The translations under genes and the position numbers were made by a program. A model generated the notes under the pieces. It did no database searches, had not been told where the DNA came from, and was given only the letters and a program-made list of their open reading frames with translations. DNA of 64,000 nucleotides from an uncultured Nitrososphaeraceae archaeon (GTDB taxonomy: Archaea; Thermoproteota; Nitrososphaeria; Nitrososphaerales; Nitrososphaeraceae). The stretch lies in contig CAWGVG010000014.1 of NCBI GenBank assembly GCA_963825865.1, forward strand, positions 128,001-192,000. The letters run 5' to 3'. Shown piece by piece: positions 21,962 through 33,841 of the stretch (the stretch's first letter is position 1; every line of letters begins with the position of its first letter).

Positions 21962-22819
21962 TCATTCTAATTTTCCTTCAGTCAATGGTCTTATAGGGAC
22001 ATGGTCCTTTCTTACTTTGAGTTTATCAAATATATCTGCAGACTGGTTAGATTCCTCACCCTCTATCTCTACATCCAATTCATTCTTTATTACATCCCTT
22101 CCTTACCTTGCGCCAATTAGTATTATCTGTGCATTCTGATAATCTATAAATTTTGTATCTTTAGCAAGAGATACAAAGTTTTCAGTATCATTGAATTCCT
22201 TTAGCACCTCCTGTGGATATTTTGGAGGCTCCTCTGTGCTTGGATAGCCTGTTGGGGCTGGCCTTTTAGGATTAATAACTGAAATAATATAACTTGCTTC
22301 CTTTTCGATACCTAGTTCTTTTTGAGATTCACCAGGTTCTTTTGGCATTTCCAAAATATATGCTAATTCTGCATGGTTTTGGTGTTTTACTATAGCATAC
22401 TTGCCTTCACCAACTGGCCTAGCTGCATCACCTTTTCTAAACTCATCTGACAAGAGATCTTTTGTAAGTTCATTAGGATCGTTGAATATACCGCCTACTC
22501 TGGCCCAATACCGCTCAGATGCTCTGGCTTCACTCTTTCTAATCTCTGGGAGTGATTTTTTACCTATAACAAATAGCCTATAAAACTGATTTTTACCACC
22601 ACTCTCTTTAGTATTTTCTGATTTTTCAGGGGCAGTAACCATGAAAAAGCGCCTAACATCCTCAATGCCCTTTACCTCCTCCGCATCTTTCTTGGGCCTA
22701 TAAAAGAAATAGATATCACCTTGTTCTAGAATTTCAGGTTTAGTATTATCACTAATATATATATTATTAGCATTCATTTGATTTTCTTGTTGTCTTTGTT
22801 GATCCATAATTAAACTCAC
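21962..22819 (-). CDS. Conserved hypothetical protein with an in-frame TAA at 22103-22105
   Basis: LEQGDIYFFYRPK...ARPVGEGKY...LAYILEMP; frame continues GRDVIKNE...PLTEGKLE* past the stop. Confidence 0.75.
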
Positions 22820-22826
22820 ACTCTTT

Positions 22827-23093
22827 TTAATTTATAAAAAGTGACAAATTACATTCTTGGCAAAAGTAGCAAAGCCCATTAAAATCGGAGGATAATGACA
22901 TTATATCATAACAGCGAGGACATTCAATTTCCTGTTCTAGATCTTGCAGCATTTTCTTTTCTCCCTTGTTATCCTCAGTTTGTTTCTCATATTGCAAAGG
23001 ATTAGGATCGACTTGCCGCTGTTGTCTTTGTTCTTGTTGATGCTGTCGCTGCTGCAATAGCAATTTCTTGCTCCTCATTTTTTGGACTAGCAC
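22827..23093 (-). CDS. Small zinc-ribbon protein
   Basis: CPRC...CQEC, Gln-rich N-terminus. Confidence 0.6.
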   Translation of the reverse strand: MLVQKMRSKKLLLQQRQHQQEQRQQRQVDPNPLQYEKQTEDNKGEKKMLQDLEQEIECPRCYDIMSLSSDFNGLCYFCQECNLSLFIN

Positions 23094-23406
23094 TGATTAG
23101 CTTGAGTTGTTATTATATTCCGAAACACAAACCATTACCTATGGAAACAATGTGGTGTGAAATTATTTGTATTCTTAATGTTTAATGCATTTTAAACTTT
23201 GTAATATATTAATTATCATGCCATCCTCCTAGTATTGGCTTGTAAAATATCCAAGATAATTACTGACCATAAAGGGAAAATATGACCGACGACAATGATC
23301 TCTGCTCACTATCGTCGTATCTGTAGAATTACGACCTCAATTACAGAGAAAGAAAATTGATGACAAAACCATAAGACTTTACAATTATAGATTCCTAAGT
23401 TAGAAT

Positions 23407-23553
23407 ATGTTTGGTAAAGCAAGATGTAAATTATGTGGTAACAATGTTAGATTTGCGTTGAGACATTTAAAGGAAAAACATCCTGAAACATTAGACGATA
23501 AAGATGTAATAAAATTGAATATGTTGAGGATAATGAAGAAATATTTTGAATAA
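23407..23553 (+). CDS. C2H2-type zinc-finger microprotein (48 aa, not in ORF track)
   Basis: MFGKARCKLCGNNVRFALRHLKEKHPE... Confidence 0.6.
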   Translation: MFGKARCKLCGNNVRFALRHLKEKHPETLDDKDVIKLNMLRIMKKYFE

Positions 23554-23893
23554 ATCATTATTTTGTAATAACTTTTATTTGAATGGATTCTGTTAACTCC
23601 ATAGCATGGTTACATGTGGAAGAGGCTTCATTTATTTATCTATCGAAATAGTGTAATGATGTATTCTAATAGAATGTTTTTTGCATAATAACACTATATT
23701 AACGGATATCAATTGGTTCAGAAAAGGCGATATGTTTATACCAAATTATTTACGATATTTTTATTATGGCATAAATCTCATTTGCAGTTTTTTATTTTAA
23801 TTATCCATTATATTTATGATTTGAATCAAATTCAATTAAGCAAATTTAATAAATGCGATTAGTCATATTAGTATTAAAGAAGTAGCATATAAT

Positions 23894-24061
23894 ATGCGTC
23901 TATTCAAAAGGAAAGAAAAAGAAAAGGACAGTAATAACAACACTTCTACTCTTATAAAATGTAAACATTGCGATATGGAATTTGAAGATAAGGAAAGATT
24001 AAAGATACATGATAAAAAGGCTCATTCTGGAAAAGGTGAAAGAAAGAAAATGAAGAAATAG
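23894..24061 (+). CDS. C2H2 zinc-finger microprotein (55 aa, not in ORF track)
   Basis: KCKHCDMEFEDKERLKIHDKKAH. Confidence 0.7.
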   Translation: MRLFKRKEKEKDSNNNTSTLIKCKHCDMEFEDKERLKIHDKKAHSGKGERKKMKK

Positions 24062-24327
24062 AGGATTTTTATTGAATTTTAATAATAAAAATCACATAAT
24101 ACATCTCTCTCTATACATAGAAAAGGAAATTAAGCAAGATAGTTAGCCTGTAGTAATTCTTAACAGATGAACAAATTGTGTACCCCAATTATATCGGGTA
24201 AACAGAAGATACATCTCTTTTTAGCCTTTCACCTTCAGCAGTTATACTTGATTAATTGGTGCTTTTTTCCATATGTGTATATTATAAGAGAGCAAATGTA
24301 ATAATAGTTCTAACGGTTTTAAGAAAG

Positions 24328-24640
24328 ATGATGAATACTAATGAGCAGTATCTTTCTGGACCATTGTTATGGATAGGCATCTCTCTTGGTGTTATCTTTG
24401 CTATTTATTTTTATACTCCTTTTCCTTTATCTATACCATTAGCGATAACAGCTTTCATTTTCTTAAACTTTTATTTGAGAAAAAAAGTTGTTAAAAAAAT
24501 GAATACAATTGGTAATACTACTGGAGCAGTAATGCCTCCTCTTTAATCTATTGTTGTATTAAGTGCGGAACAAGACATAATGAAACTGCTTGTCCTAAAT
24601 GTGGTTCAAAGATGAAAAAAGCAGATTTCCATAGATTTTG
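24328..24640 (+). CDS. Small membrane protein with C-terminal zinc ribbon (frameshifted)
   Basis: Two hydrophobic helices, then CIKCG...CPKCG in another frame. Confidence 0.6.
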
Positions 24641-24688
24641 AGAGTTTGTTACAATGAATATTTCAGTAATTTACAAATTCAACGGTAG

Positions 24689-25095
24689 TTGAGCAATAAA
24701 CCCATTATTCAAACAAGGCAAAGAGACTACGAGGAAAAAGACCCAATACACTTATCAGTGACGGTGCTCGTAATTTCAATGATGCCTTTAACAAGGAATT
24801 CTACACAAATACCACTCCAAGAACAAGGCATATCAGACATATCCGTTTACAAGGAGACCACAATAACAACAAGATGGAGCGTTTCAATGGAGAGGTTAGA
24901 GACAGGGAGAAAGTAATGAGGGGATTGAAAAAGAAAGATTCTCCAATTCTAACAGGATATCAAATATTTCATAACTACGTTAGACCGCATATGGGACTAA
25001 ATGGTATGACACCTGCTGAAATGTGTGGAATTAAGATTGAAGGTCAGAATAAATGGTTGACGTTAATTCAAAATGGAGAGAAATATAGATCTTAA
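24689..25095 (+). mobile_element. DDE transposase C-terminal remnant (IS6-like)
   Basis: LISDGARNFNDAF...NNNKMERFNGEVRDREK...HNYVRPHMGLNGMTPAE. Confidence 0.8.
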
Positions 25096-25178
25096 AACCA
25101 TTAATTTGAGAACACTAGACTTAACCAAACACAAATCTAAAATATATTGAAACTAGTCAAAGTCACAATAATAAACCA

Positions 25179-25358
25179 ATGACAACTGTTGTTGCAATAA
25201 AATCAGATGATGGTATTATCTTGGCAGGTGACAGCCAAGGAAGCAATAATACTATGAAAGATTTAGACATAAGTAAACTTTTTCCTATAAATGATTCAAT
25301 AGGTGTTGGTGCTGCTGGGGATATTGGTCACATTAGAGTATTGATTGATAAATTAAAA
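25179..25358 (+). pseudogene. Proteasome-beta/Ntn-hydrolase-like N-terminal fragment
   Basis: MTTVVAIKSDDGIILAGDSQ...KLFPINDSIGVGAAGD; the rest of the ORF is antisense integrase sequence. Confidence 0.7.
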
Positions 25359-26238
25359 CTATGCCCCATTAGTAATTCTTTAAATGAATGTGCTACGTCA
25401 GAGTTCATCAAAGCAGTATTGAAAAACTTTCTTAGGCTATGGTCTGGCTGTAATTGTTCTTACGGTAAACCAGCTTTTGTTAAAAGAAATTTCATTTGTT
25501 TATTTATCGTTTGTTCTCTCAGTGGCCTTGCTTTATTAGTAGCCTTTGAAAAGGCTGCAAATTTATCCCGTATAATATATGACTCCTCTGTTATTTTTCA
25601 TGTTGCCTTTTCCTAAATTCAAAATATTCGTCTAATGTAGCCATGCATTCAGGTGTTAATAGAGCATTGTATTTATAATTTTTAGACTGTGGATAGATGC
25701 TTAATATGCTAATATTATTACTTTCTTGCAATCTTTTGAGATGTTTTATCTTTAATTCTTTGATAGCTCCTACTCTTATTCCAGTAGATGACATTAGCAA
25801 AATAAGACAGCGATCTCTAAGATCAGATTCTACCAAGAGTTTTGCTATCTCCTCTCTTGTATATGCTCTTAAATTATTAGTAACTTGTTCAGGACAATAT
25901 TTTATAATCTTTTTCCAATTTAGCATTATTTCATTAAAGTCAAGGAAAGATTGTATGCCATCTAAATAATTTTTAATAGAGTTTACTGATATTTCTCCGC
26001 GCTTTGCTTTATCGACCGATTGCTTAGCATTCTTTTTAAGGTGTATAATGTAGTTAAGAACCATATTCCTTATTTGTTCTGGTTTTAATTGAATTAAAGT
26101 ATCAGGGTCAATCTTGTGATATTTGCATAATAATGAAAGGTGAACCTTATACGCATTCTTTGTAGCTGGAGAATTATATCCTTCAAGCCATATTTTACAG
26201 GAGTTATAGCTTTCCAAGTCTAGCTTTGTGAACCACAT
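25328..26238 (-). mobile_element. Tyrosine recombinase/integrase, frameshifted and C-terminally truncated
   Basis: STGIRVGA (R), HSLRKFF (HxxR), LMGHS; catalytic Tyr region missing. Confidence 0.85.
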
Positions 26239-27248
26239 CTTGTCTTTGGCGCGGCGGCAATGGTAGTGACGGCGATAGGAGTAGTACTCAAAATAACAGT
26301 CATCCTATATTTACAAGTCCCCAGCTATTAACCATACTGACTGTGATGGATCCAAAATATGCCTACTTTAGGCTTGATTGTCCCTTAGACTTCTTTGATA
26401 GAATTCTCTCCGAAATAGGCTCAGTACCCATAGGTAAGCAATCCTGCATTTAGAAAAGCTGTTGTTTCAATTGGTGTACATTCTGATATTAGATTAAGAC
26501 CAAAATTAAATTGCAAATACAATAGTTGTTTTAACAAGCTACCATTATTCTTAAAAGGCATTCTGGAAAAAGATCTTCAATTTTCAGATAGTCTTGTTAA
26601 TCTTTAGGAATTTCAAATGTTATTATAATAGTCATCTATCTGAAAATTTATGAAGATTACTGATTATTACATCAAAAACAATTATAATAACATCTTAAGA
26701 TACTAAAAACTTCCATGTTCCTTACAACTATTTATAATGTACACAAACAATTGATGCATATCTATATCCAATATTCATAATGAACAATAAGATAGTATAA
26801 GAATCATAGATAATAACTGACAAAATTTTTATTTCAATCAACACTATAAATGTAAAAAAATTACATATAAGATATATTCTGCTATTATCAGAAATGTCTG
26901 TATTAGAAAATGGACTCAAGAATAAAGTTGTCAATCGCCGCAGCAATCCTTATCGTTATTGCAATTATCGTTATGATTGTTGAGAAAGATTAATCTATTC
27001 TTTTAGTTCAAATTTGATTTTAAAAATTATAAGCATATAATTGTCGGGTCCAAAATATGCCCTAAAAATTCAGAGCATTCAAAGTCAGATAGAAATAATT
27101 AAGGAGATATCTATGCAAAAAACATATTTCAAAATTTCTACTCATTGCTCAGCGATTTCTAACAGCAGTGGAAGACATCTACAATATATATTAATAAATA
27201 AATATACCTTACAAATCGTTAAAGAATACTTCTTCAAATGGAAATTTC

Positions 27249-28367
27249 ATGGGACCTGCAATTTATTCTACTGGAAATCCAGCATTAGACTTCTTCTTTA
27301 CATTGTTCAATGGAATTTCCGAAGTCCCATTGTTCAGTTCTCCAATCACGGGGATTTTGATTCTAGCAGGTGTATTTGTGGCATCAAGGAAGGCCGGCGG
27401 AATGATGGCCTTGTCTGGGCTAATAGGTGCTGGGATGGCTATTCTATTTGGTGCACCATATGGGCTGGTAACATTTGGATTATTTGGTTACAACTCCATC
27501 TTGACGGGTATGGCATTTTGGTCTGGTCCTTTCGTAAAGGCAAATAAAGCTACATTCTTCATATCAGTCTTTGGTGCTGCCATCACGGCGGTGACTTGGA
27601 TGGCATTCTCCCATCTTATGGGCGACCTGTTTGTTTTGAATGGTACAAAGAGTTCATGGGCAATTCCTGGATTTACGTCATCTTTCATCTTCACAACTTG
27701 GGCTATGATGTATGCCAGCAAGAGGTATGGCCACGATATCTGGCCTGCACCACCACCACCTCCAAAGGAGGAATTGATTGCAGGTAGCGGCAATCAAGCC
27801 ACAAATGACAACTTCAAATGGACTGCAAAAGAATTTATCATAGCTACCTTAAAGGGTGTATCCCAGGTTACTTTTGTTGAAAATTGGAAGACAGGTATTT
27901 TCTGGGTAGTAGGTCTTACTCTTTCGTTTGAGTTAGCACCCCTTATCGCAGGACAGGCTAGGCCCTGGTTTACAAATGGATACACAGCTCAATGGAATGA
28001 GTTTTCACCTCTGTATTTGGGGGGATTGATGGCACTCATAGGCTCAGCAGTAGGAGCTGCCTTGGCAATTCTTACAAAATTACCAACTGCAGAGATAAGA
28101 CTGGGGCTGCATGGCTTCAATCAAGTGCTGGTAATGATAGCTCTGACCAGTTTTCTACCTTTAACTCCACAATCATTCATGATGGCGCTACTAGCAACAG
28201 TTGCGTGTTCAGTAATAGTAATGCCGGCTTTGCAAAGATTTTTTGGAATGTGGGGTCTGCCTGCTCTAACAGGACCTTTCGTATTTACAGCATGGGTGTT
28301 TCTGCTAGGAATTTCGGGTTTCTCACATATTCCCGCAGGAATTGGCTGGTCAAGACCAGCCCCATAG
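27249..28367 (+). CDS. Urea transporter (UT/Yut family)
   Basis: Two homologous halves GISEV/GVSQV, GLFGYNS/GLHGFNQ, LPALTGPFV; adjacent to urease. Confidence 0.9.
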   Translation: MGPAIYSTGNPALDFFFTLFNGISEVPLFSSPITGILILAGVFVASRKAGGMMALSGLIGAGMAILFGAPYGLVTFGLFGYNSILTGMAFWSGPFVKANKATFFISVFGAAITAVTWMAFSHLMGDLFVLNGTKSSWAIPGFTSSFIFTTWAMMYASKRYGHDIWPAPPPPPKEELIAGSGNQATNDNFKWTAKEFIIATLKGVSQVTFVENWKTGIFWVVGLTLSFELAPLIAGQARPWFTNGYTAQWNEFSPLYLGGLMALIGSAVGAALAILTKLPTAEIRLGLHGFNQVLVMIALTSFLPLTPQSFMMALLATVACSVIVMPALQRFFGMWGLPALTGPFVFTAWVFLLGISGFSHIPAGIGWSRPAP

Positions 28368-28485
28368 CTCAAAAAAGCGGCACAAATACTCAACATACAA
28401 CCTCCTTTTTTCTTTAATAAGCTAATTAAATCAAAAATATCTTTACATATAAATCCCACAAAAATGTGAGACATGTACATAATGT

Positions 28486-29070
28486 ATGAAAACAGCCGAG
28501 TTTGAGCAGTTTCTGAAATTTGCAGAGGATCATTTATCTGACAAGTCTGATCCAGAAAAGATTCAGACTTTTATCTCTTGGTGCAAAAAAAGTGGTATTG
28601 AGGAGGTAATCCTTAGGCTAAGTTCTGAAAATAAAGGAGGCTGGGGAAAGAACTTTTTCCTTGATTTCACTACAAGTCGAATAATAGTTAGTAAGAAAAA
28701 ATTTATGAGGAAATTCGTGGATATGGGTTATATCGCTGGAATGGCGCCGTTTCCCTACATGTTATTATCAAAAAATTTGAAACTATCTGATTTGAGAAAG
28801 GGATCAGTAATAAATCCAGAAGATACTCTAGGAAAAGATAGCTCGAATTTCTTTATTCCATATTCAGAAATACAAGAAGTTATTATTCGGAAAGGATTAG
28901 AGAGTATTGTAACAAATATGCTTGGTAGTATAATAACAAGGAATTTTCTCACAGTTAAGACTTCAAGCAAAAAATATGATTATGGGCTCCCAGTAAATAA
29001 AAATGGAGCGTTCGAGCAAATCCATTATTGGCTAGGTGTAATAATGCCTGTCAAAGTCTTCGCACGTTAG
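28486..29070 (+). CDS. Hypothetical protein in the urease locus (PH-like fold suspected)
   Basis: Intact 194-aa ORF; FTTSRIIV and IPYSEIQEVII patterns. Confidence 0.75.
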   Translation: MKTAEFEQFLKFAEDHLSDKSDPEKIQTFISWCKKSGIEEVILRLSSENKGGWGKNFFLDFTTSRIIVSKKKFMRKFVDMGYIAGMAPFPYMLLSKNLKLSDLRKGSVINPEDTLGKDSSNFFIPYSEIQEVIIRKGLESIVTNMLGSIITRNFLTVKTSSKKYDYGLPVNKNGAFEQIHYWLGVIMPVKVFAR

Positions 29071-29233
29071 AATGCAGACATTACATTTAGTCGACATCGA
29101 CTGAGTGTATACTAAGTTACAAGGCGTATGAAATGAAATTAGCAGACTGAAATTACTTTTATATATAAATTACTAATTTTAAATTTAAAATAAATCAAAC
29201 CTCTACTATACGTCGAGGTATATAGAGAGAGAA

Positions 29234-29536
29234 ATGATGTTAGCTCCGAGAGAAGTCGATAAGATGTTGATTTGGACAGCTGCACAAATAGCAGCAGGAC
29301 GAAAACAAAAAGGGGTAAAATTGAACTATCCTGAGACAATTGCTTATATTTCCAATTATGTTGTAGAAGGAGCTCGAGAAGGAAAGAGCGTGGCCGAACT
29401 CATGAAATCGGCAAGGGAAATAATAGGAAAAAATGATGTTATGCCAGGGATACCAGAACTAATACACACAGTCCAAGTGGAGGCTACGTTTCCAGATGGC
29501 ACAAAATTGGTGACGGTGCATGACCCGGTGCAATAG
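29234..29536 (+). CDS. ureA: Urease subunit gamma
   Basis: LAPRE...KLNYPE...EGAREG...[18 protein letters not shown]. Confidence 0.98.
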   Translation: MMLAPREVDKMLIWTAAQIAAGRKQKGVKLNYPETIAYISNYVVEGAREGKSVAELMKSAREIIGKNDVMPGIPELIHTVQVEATFPDGTKLVTVHDPVQ

Positions 29537-29612
29537 GTGATTGAAATGGTAGTTAGCAAAACTAAAAAATCAAAAAAAAAGACCTCACAGGGAGGAGGAG
29601 GTTGCTAATAAG

Positions 29613-29981
29613 ATGATTCCAGGAGAATATATCCTATCGTCAGAACCTGTCATCTGCAACGAAAATAGAAAAACTAGTAAGGTCACTGTAAAGAACACTG
29701 GCGACAGACCTTGTCAGGTCGGTTCACATACTCACTTCTTTGAGGTAAATAGAGCATTAGACTTCCCAAGGGAAAAGGCCTTTGGATATAGGCTGAATAT
29801 TCCAGCTGGAACTTCGGTAAGGTTTGAGCCAGGAGACTCAAAGGAAGTGGAATTATGCGAATTGGGAGGCAAGCGCATTTGCTTTGGATTCAACTCTCTA
29901 ACAATGGGTAGTATGAATACCACAGTAGTAAAGAAGGCAGCAATTGAGAAGGCCAAGAGACTTGGCTATAAGGGAGCATAG
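29613..29981 (+). CDS. ureB: Urease subunit beta
   Basis: MIPGE...NTGDRPCQVGSHTHFFEVN...LNIPAGTSVRFEPG. Confidence 0.98.
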   Translation: MIPGEYILSSEPVICNENRKTSKVTVKNTGDRPCQVGSHTHFFEVNRALDFPREKAFGYRLNIPAGTSVRFEPGDSKEVELCELGGKRICFGFNSLTMGSMNTTVVKKAAIEKAKRLGYKGA

Positions 29982-29998
29982 GAGTAGGGTGAATAGAA

Positions 29999-31775
29999 AT
30001 GGTTCTTAAATTAACACGAAAACAATACTCAGATCTGTTTGGACCAACAACAGGGGACAAAGTTAGACTAGGAGATACAGACATAATCGTAGAAGTAGAA
30101 AAGAATCTCATATCACTTGGAGATGAAGTTGTTTTTGGTGGAGGAAAGACAATAAGGGACGGATTGGCACAAACTCCAGGCATCACAAATGCGAACGGTG
30201 CTCTTGATTTTGTGATTACAAACGCGGTTGTCCTTGATCCAGTACTTGGCATAGTAAAAGGCGACATTGGTATAAAGGATGGCAAGATTGCTGGAGTTGG
30301 AAGTGCAGGCAATCCTTACACAATGGATAAAGTACCTTCTAACCTGGTAATCTCGGCATGCACTGAGGCTACTGCTGGCGAGCATACCATATGTACCCCA
30401 GGTCATTTTGATACCCACATACATATGATATCTCCTCAACAGTACGTAGATGCCATCAGCGGAGGCATTTGCAATATGATAGGAGGCGGAACTGGTCCAG
30501 CTGACGGTACAAATGCAACTACTTGCACACCAGGTGTCTTTAACATTAGCAGAATGATGGAAAGTGTGGAAGATATACCGATGAATTGGGGCTTCTTGGG
30601 AAAGGGTAACGATTCTCATCCTTCACTAGCAACACAAATGGAACAAATAGAAGCCGGGGCATGCGGATTAAAGGATCATGAAGACTGGGGCACCACTGCC
30701 GACAGTTTTGGACGCATCGTTGAAGGCAGTAGACGCTACTGATACACAGCTCGCCATCCATACCGATTCAATCAATGAATGCGCTTATGTTGAGGACACA
30801 ATAAATGCCATCGATGGAAGAACAGTACACAGTTATCATACAGAAGGTGCTGGCGGCGGTCATGCACCAGACATCATGAAAATTGCAGGAGAAGAATTCG
30901 CGCTTCCATCTTCGACAAATCCAACTAGACCATATACAGTAAATACTGTAGACGAGCATCTAGATATGCTAATGTTCTGTCACCATCTGAATCCCGCAGT
31001 TGCTGAGGACGTTGCATTTGCAGAGTCCAGAATAAGAGCTGAAACCATCGCTGCCGAAGATGTTTTGCATGATGAAGGTGTCTTGAGCATGTATTCATCT
31101 GACAGCCAAGCAATGGGAAGGATAGGCGAAGTAGTAATCCGTGCGTGGCAGACTGCAGATAAAATGAAGAAGATGAAAGGCAAACTAGTAGAGGAAGAGA
31201 CAGAAAGCAATGAAAAAGCAGAGAGTAAGTCGAAGGATAAGAGAAGAGGAGACAATGATAATTTCAGAGCGAAAAGATACATCGCAAAAACAACCATAAA
31301 TCCTGCCATAACACATGGTGTAGCGGACTATTTAGGCTCCCTTGAAGTCGGCAAATATGCAGATATTGTTATGTATCCAATGGCATTCTTCCCAGCAAAG
31401 CCGAAAATGGTATTCAAGGGAGGATTCATAGCATGGTCAATTATGGGAGATCCTAATGCATCGCTTCCGACCCCTGAACCAGTGTTCTACAGGCCAATGT
31501 TTGGAGCAATGGGAAAAGCAGTAAAGAAAACGTGTTTCACATTTACATCAAAGGCAGCGATGAAACTAGGAGTACCTGAAAAGCTAGGACTTGAAAAAGT
31601 GATGTTGCCAGTAAAGAATTGCAGGAATATTGGCAAGCATGATATGATGTGGAACGACAAGACCCCTGAGATAACAATAGATCCAGAGACATACGAAGTT
31701 AAGTTGGACGGAAAAATTGCGACTGTCGATCCAGCCAAAGAACTAGCTTTGGCGCAAAGATACTTTATGGCATAA
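29999..31775 (+). CDS. ureC: Urease subunit alpha (1-bp frameshift near 30700)
   Basis: [57 protein letters not shown]. Confidence 0.97.
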
Positions 31776-31888
31776 GAGCGCGTATACGTACAGAGAACAA
31801 TAACAGCAGTAACCAAACTTCTTTTTTCCTTTTTTTCTTGATTTATCATATATACCTTTATTTTTCTCTATCAGAGAGAGTAATACTG

Positions 31889-33448
31889 ATGTCAAATCCT
31901 AATTATGGTGTATGGAGACCCATGGCAGAGAACGTGGAGTTCAATGCCTTAGAGTCAAATTCCAATGCGGTGATGGCCGTCGCAGATATGGTAAGAACAA
32001 CTTTGGGGCCTAAGGGATTGGACAAGCTTCTAATAGATCAAGCTATGAACAGACATGTATCAAACGATGGCGTGACAATTTTGCTTTCTCTAAGGGCAAT
32101 ACATCCAGTTGCAAGAATGATTGTAGAGATAGCAGAAAGACAGGAACAGTTGGTTGGTGATGGAACAACAACCGCCGTCGTGATGGCAGCGGAAATGATA
32201 AAGGAGGGCAAAAGGCTCATAAAGGAACTTGGTGTCCATCCAACAAAAGTTGTTGAAGGTATAGAAAGTGGAGTTAAACACGCTTGTCAGTTACTACAAA
32301 AAGAAACAAAGAAGATCTCTTTAAATGACATCGCACTAGAACAGATAGTCAAGACATCTTTGTCATCAAAGATGGATGGACAGAAACTCTCTTCACTCGT
32401 TATTTTGGCGTTGAGATCTGTAGGAAAAAATGCATCGTATAATGGATCATACGATTTTGATAAGTCGATAATGGTTATTCGAAGGACTAACATGGAAGAT
32501 AGAATTGTTAACGGTATAGTGCTTGAGAGAAAAAGAATGGATCCAGAGATGCCTTTGGAAATAAACGAGGCAAGGATCATGATCGTCAAATTGGATTTGA
32601 AGCCTGTTAAAGAAGCTTGGTTAAAGGAGAACAGCAAGTATGAAGAAATACTTAATATGGAAAATGATAGGGTTGTCAAAGTCAAAAGAGATAGTTGATG
32701 CCATGTTAGCAACCGGTGCAAATACTATTCTGATAGCATCTTCTGAAGTAGATCAGGTTATGGAAGATCTGCTTGTAGCAATAAAGGTATTTGCGGTACG
32801 TATATCTACAGAAGAGATAGAATACTTATCGCGTTATACTGGGGCTAAGCCTGTTAGAATGATGGAAGACCTAAAAAAACAGATATTTTAGGTAAAGCAG
32901 ATCACATCTATGAAGATGAAGATAATGGAGGTAATTTACATAGAGAATGGTTCTGGCAGGAATATGGTTACGATGATAGTTTCTGGCACAACTAAGGAAA
33001 CATCTCTTGAGCGGTGGAGGGCAGCTATAGACGGTGTAAATGCTGCCGAAGCAGCTCTTAATAATGGCGTTGTTGCAGGTGGAGGAGCTGCAGAATTGCA
33101 TGTCGATAGAGAAAATAAAAAATCTGAGATTGAAAGGTCTGGAGCAGGTTGGACTTGAAGTTGTCACTTCAGCTCTTGAGAGCATCATGCGCCAGATACT
33201 TACAAATGCGGGTTATAATGGACTTGAAAAGGTTATGGCAGCAAAAGCTTCTCCTAGATGGTTTTGGTATTGATATTGATTCAGGTGAAACGGTAGATAT
33301 GTGGAAGAAGGGTGTGCTTGATCCTTTGCTGGTAAAGACGATGGCTCTTCAGGCTGCAGGAGAGATAGCTAAATCTGTTTTGCGAATAGATAGAAACTTA
33401 GCAGCAGAGGATCTGAGCCAACAGGCTATATCAGAGACAAAGAGGTGA
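31889..33448 (+). CDS. Chaperonin (TCP-1/cpn60 family, group II-like), frameshifted
   Basis: RTTLGPKGLDK, SNDGVTIL, GDGTTTAVV, VVAGGGAAE, GVLDPLLVK, LRID. Confidence 0.9.
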
Positions 33449-33800
33449 TTAATACAATATTGTTAATTCGTCATTGTGTTGAAGAATCTAATGTTGATGA
33501 AAACTTGATCGTAATAGATCCTACAAAGATAAGACATGTGAGTCATTGTGGCGGGTAGAATCGAATCAATGTCAGGTCTGATTGATCCTGCTTCACACCT
33601 TAACCTTGATTATCCTGACCATAAAGTTACAAAATGTGTTATTGTTGAAAAATTTGAGAAAGGTGCCAAAGTAAGAATTAGGAGATAGAGGACTTGTTTT
33701 TGCAAATGTTGATGAAGATCAGCTTTTGATCATTATGGTTATGTTGACTATACACAAAGATTGTTCGAATATGATTAAAGCAGTAAAGAAGAAACGTAAA
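33445..33800 (+). CDS. Hypothetical protein between chaperonin and ureE (frameshifted, not in ORF track)
   Basis: GTG overlaps the chaperonin TGA; LLIRHCVEESNVDENL...GLIDPASHLNLDYPDHKVTKCVIVEKF...HYGYVDYTQR. Confidence 0.6.
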
Positions 33801-33841
33801 TCAAAGATGACGATAAAAGGAGTAGAAGAAGGGATAGAAAG

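Noticed and set aside
25179-25616. 145-aa intact proteasome subunit
   Set aside because: The C-terminal part is antisense integrase sequence, so the ORF is chimeric
29538-29608. Separate micropeptide MVVSKTKKSKKKTSQGGGGC between ureA and ureB
   Set aside because: More likely a frameshifted N-terminal extension of ureB; cannot be resolved without reads
30678-30742. Programmed frameshift or split ureC
   Set aside because: No slippery site, and similar indels occur throughout the window
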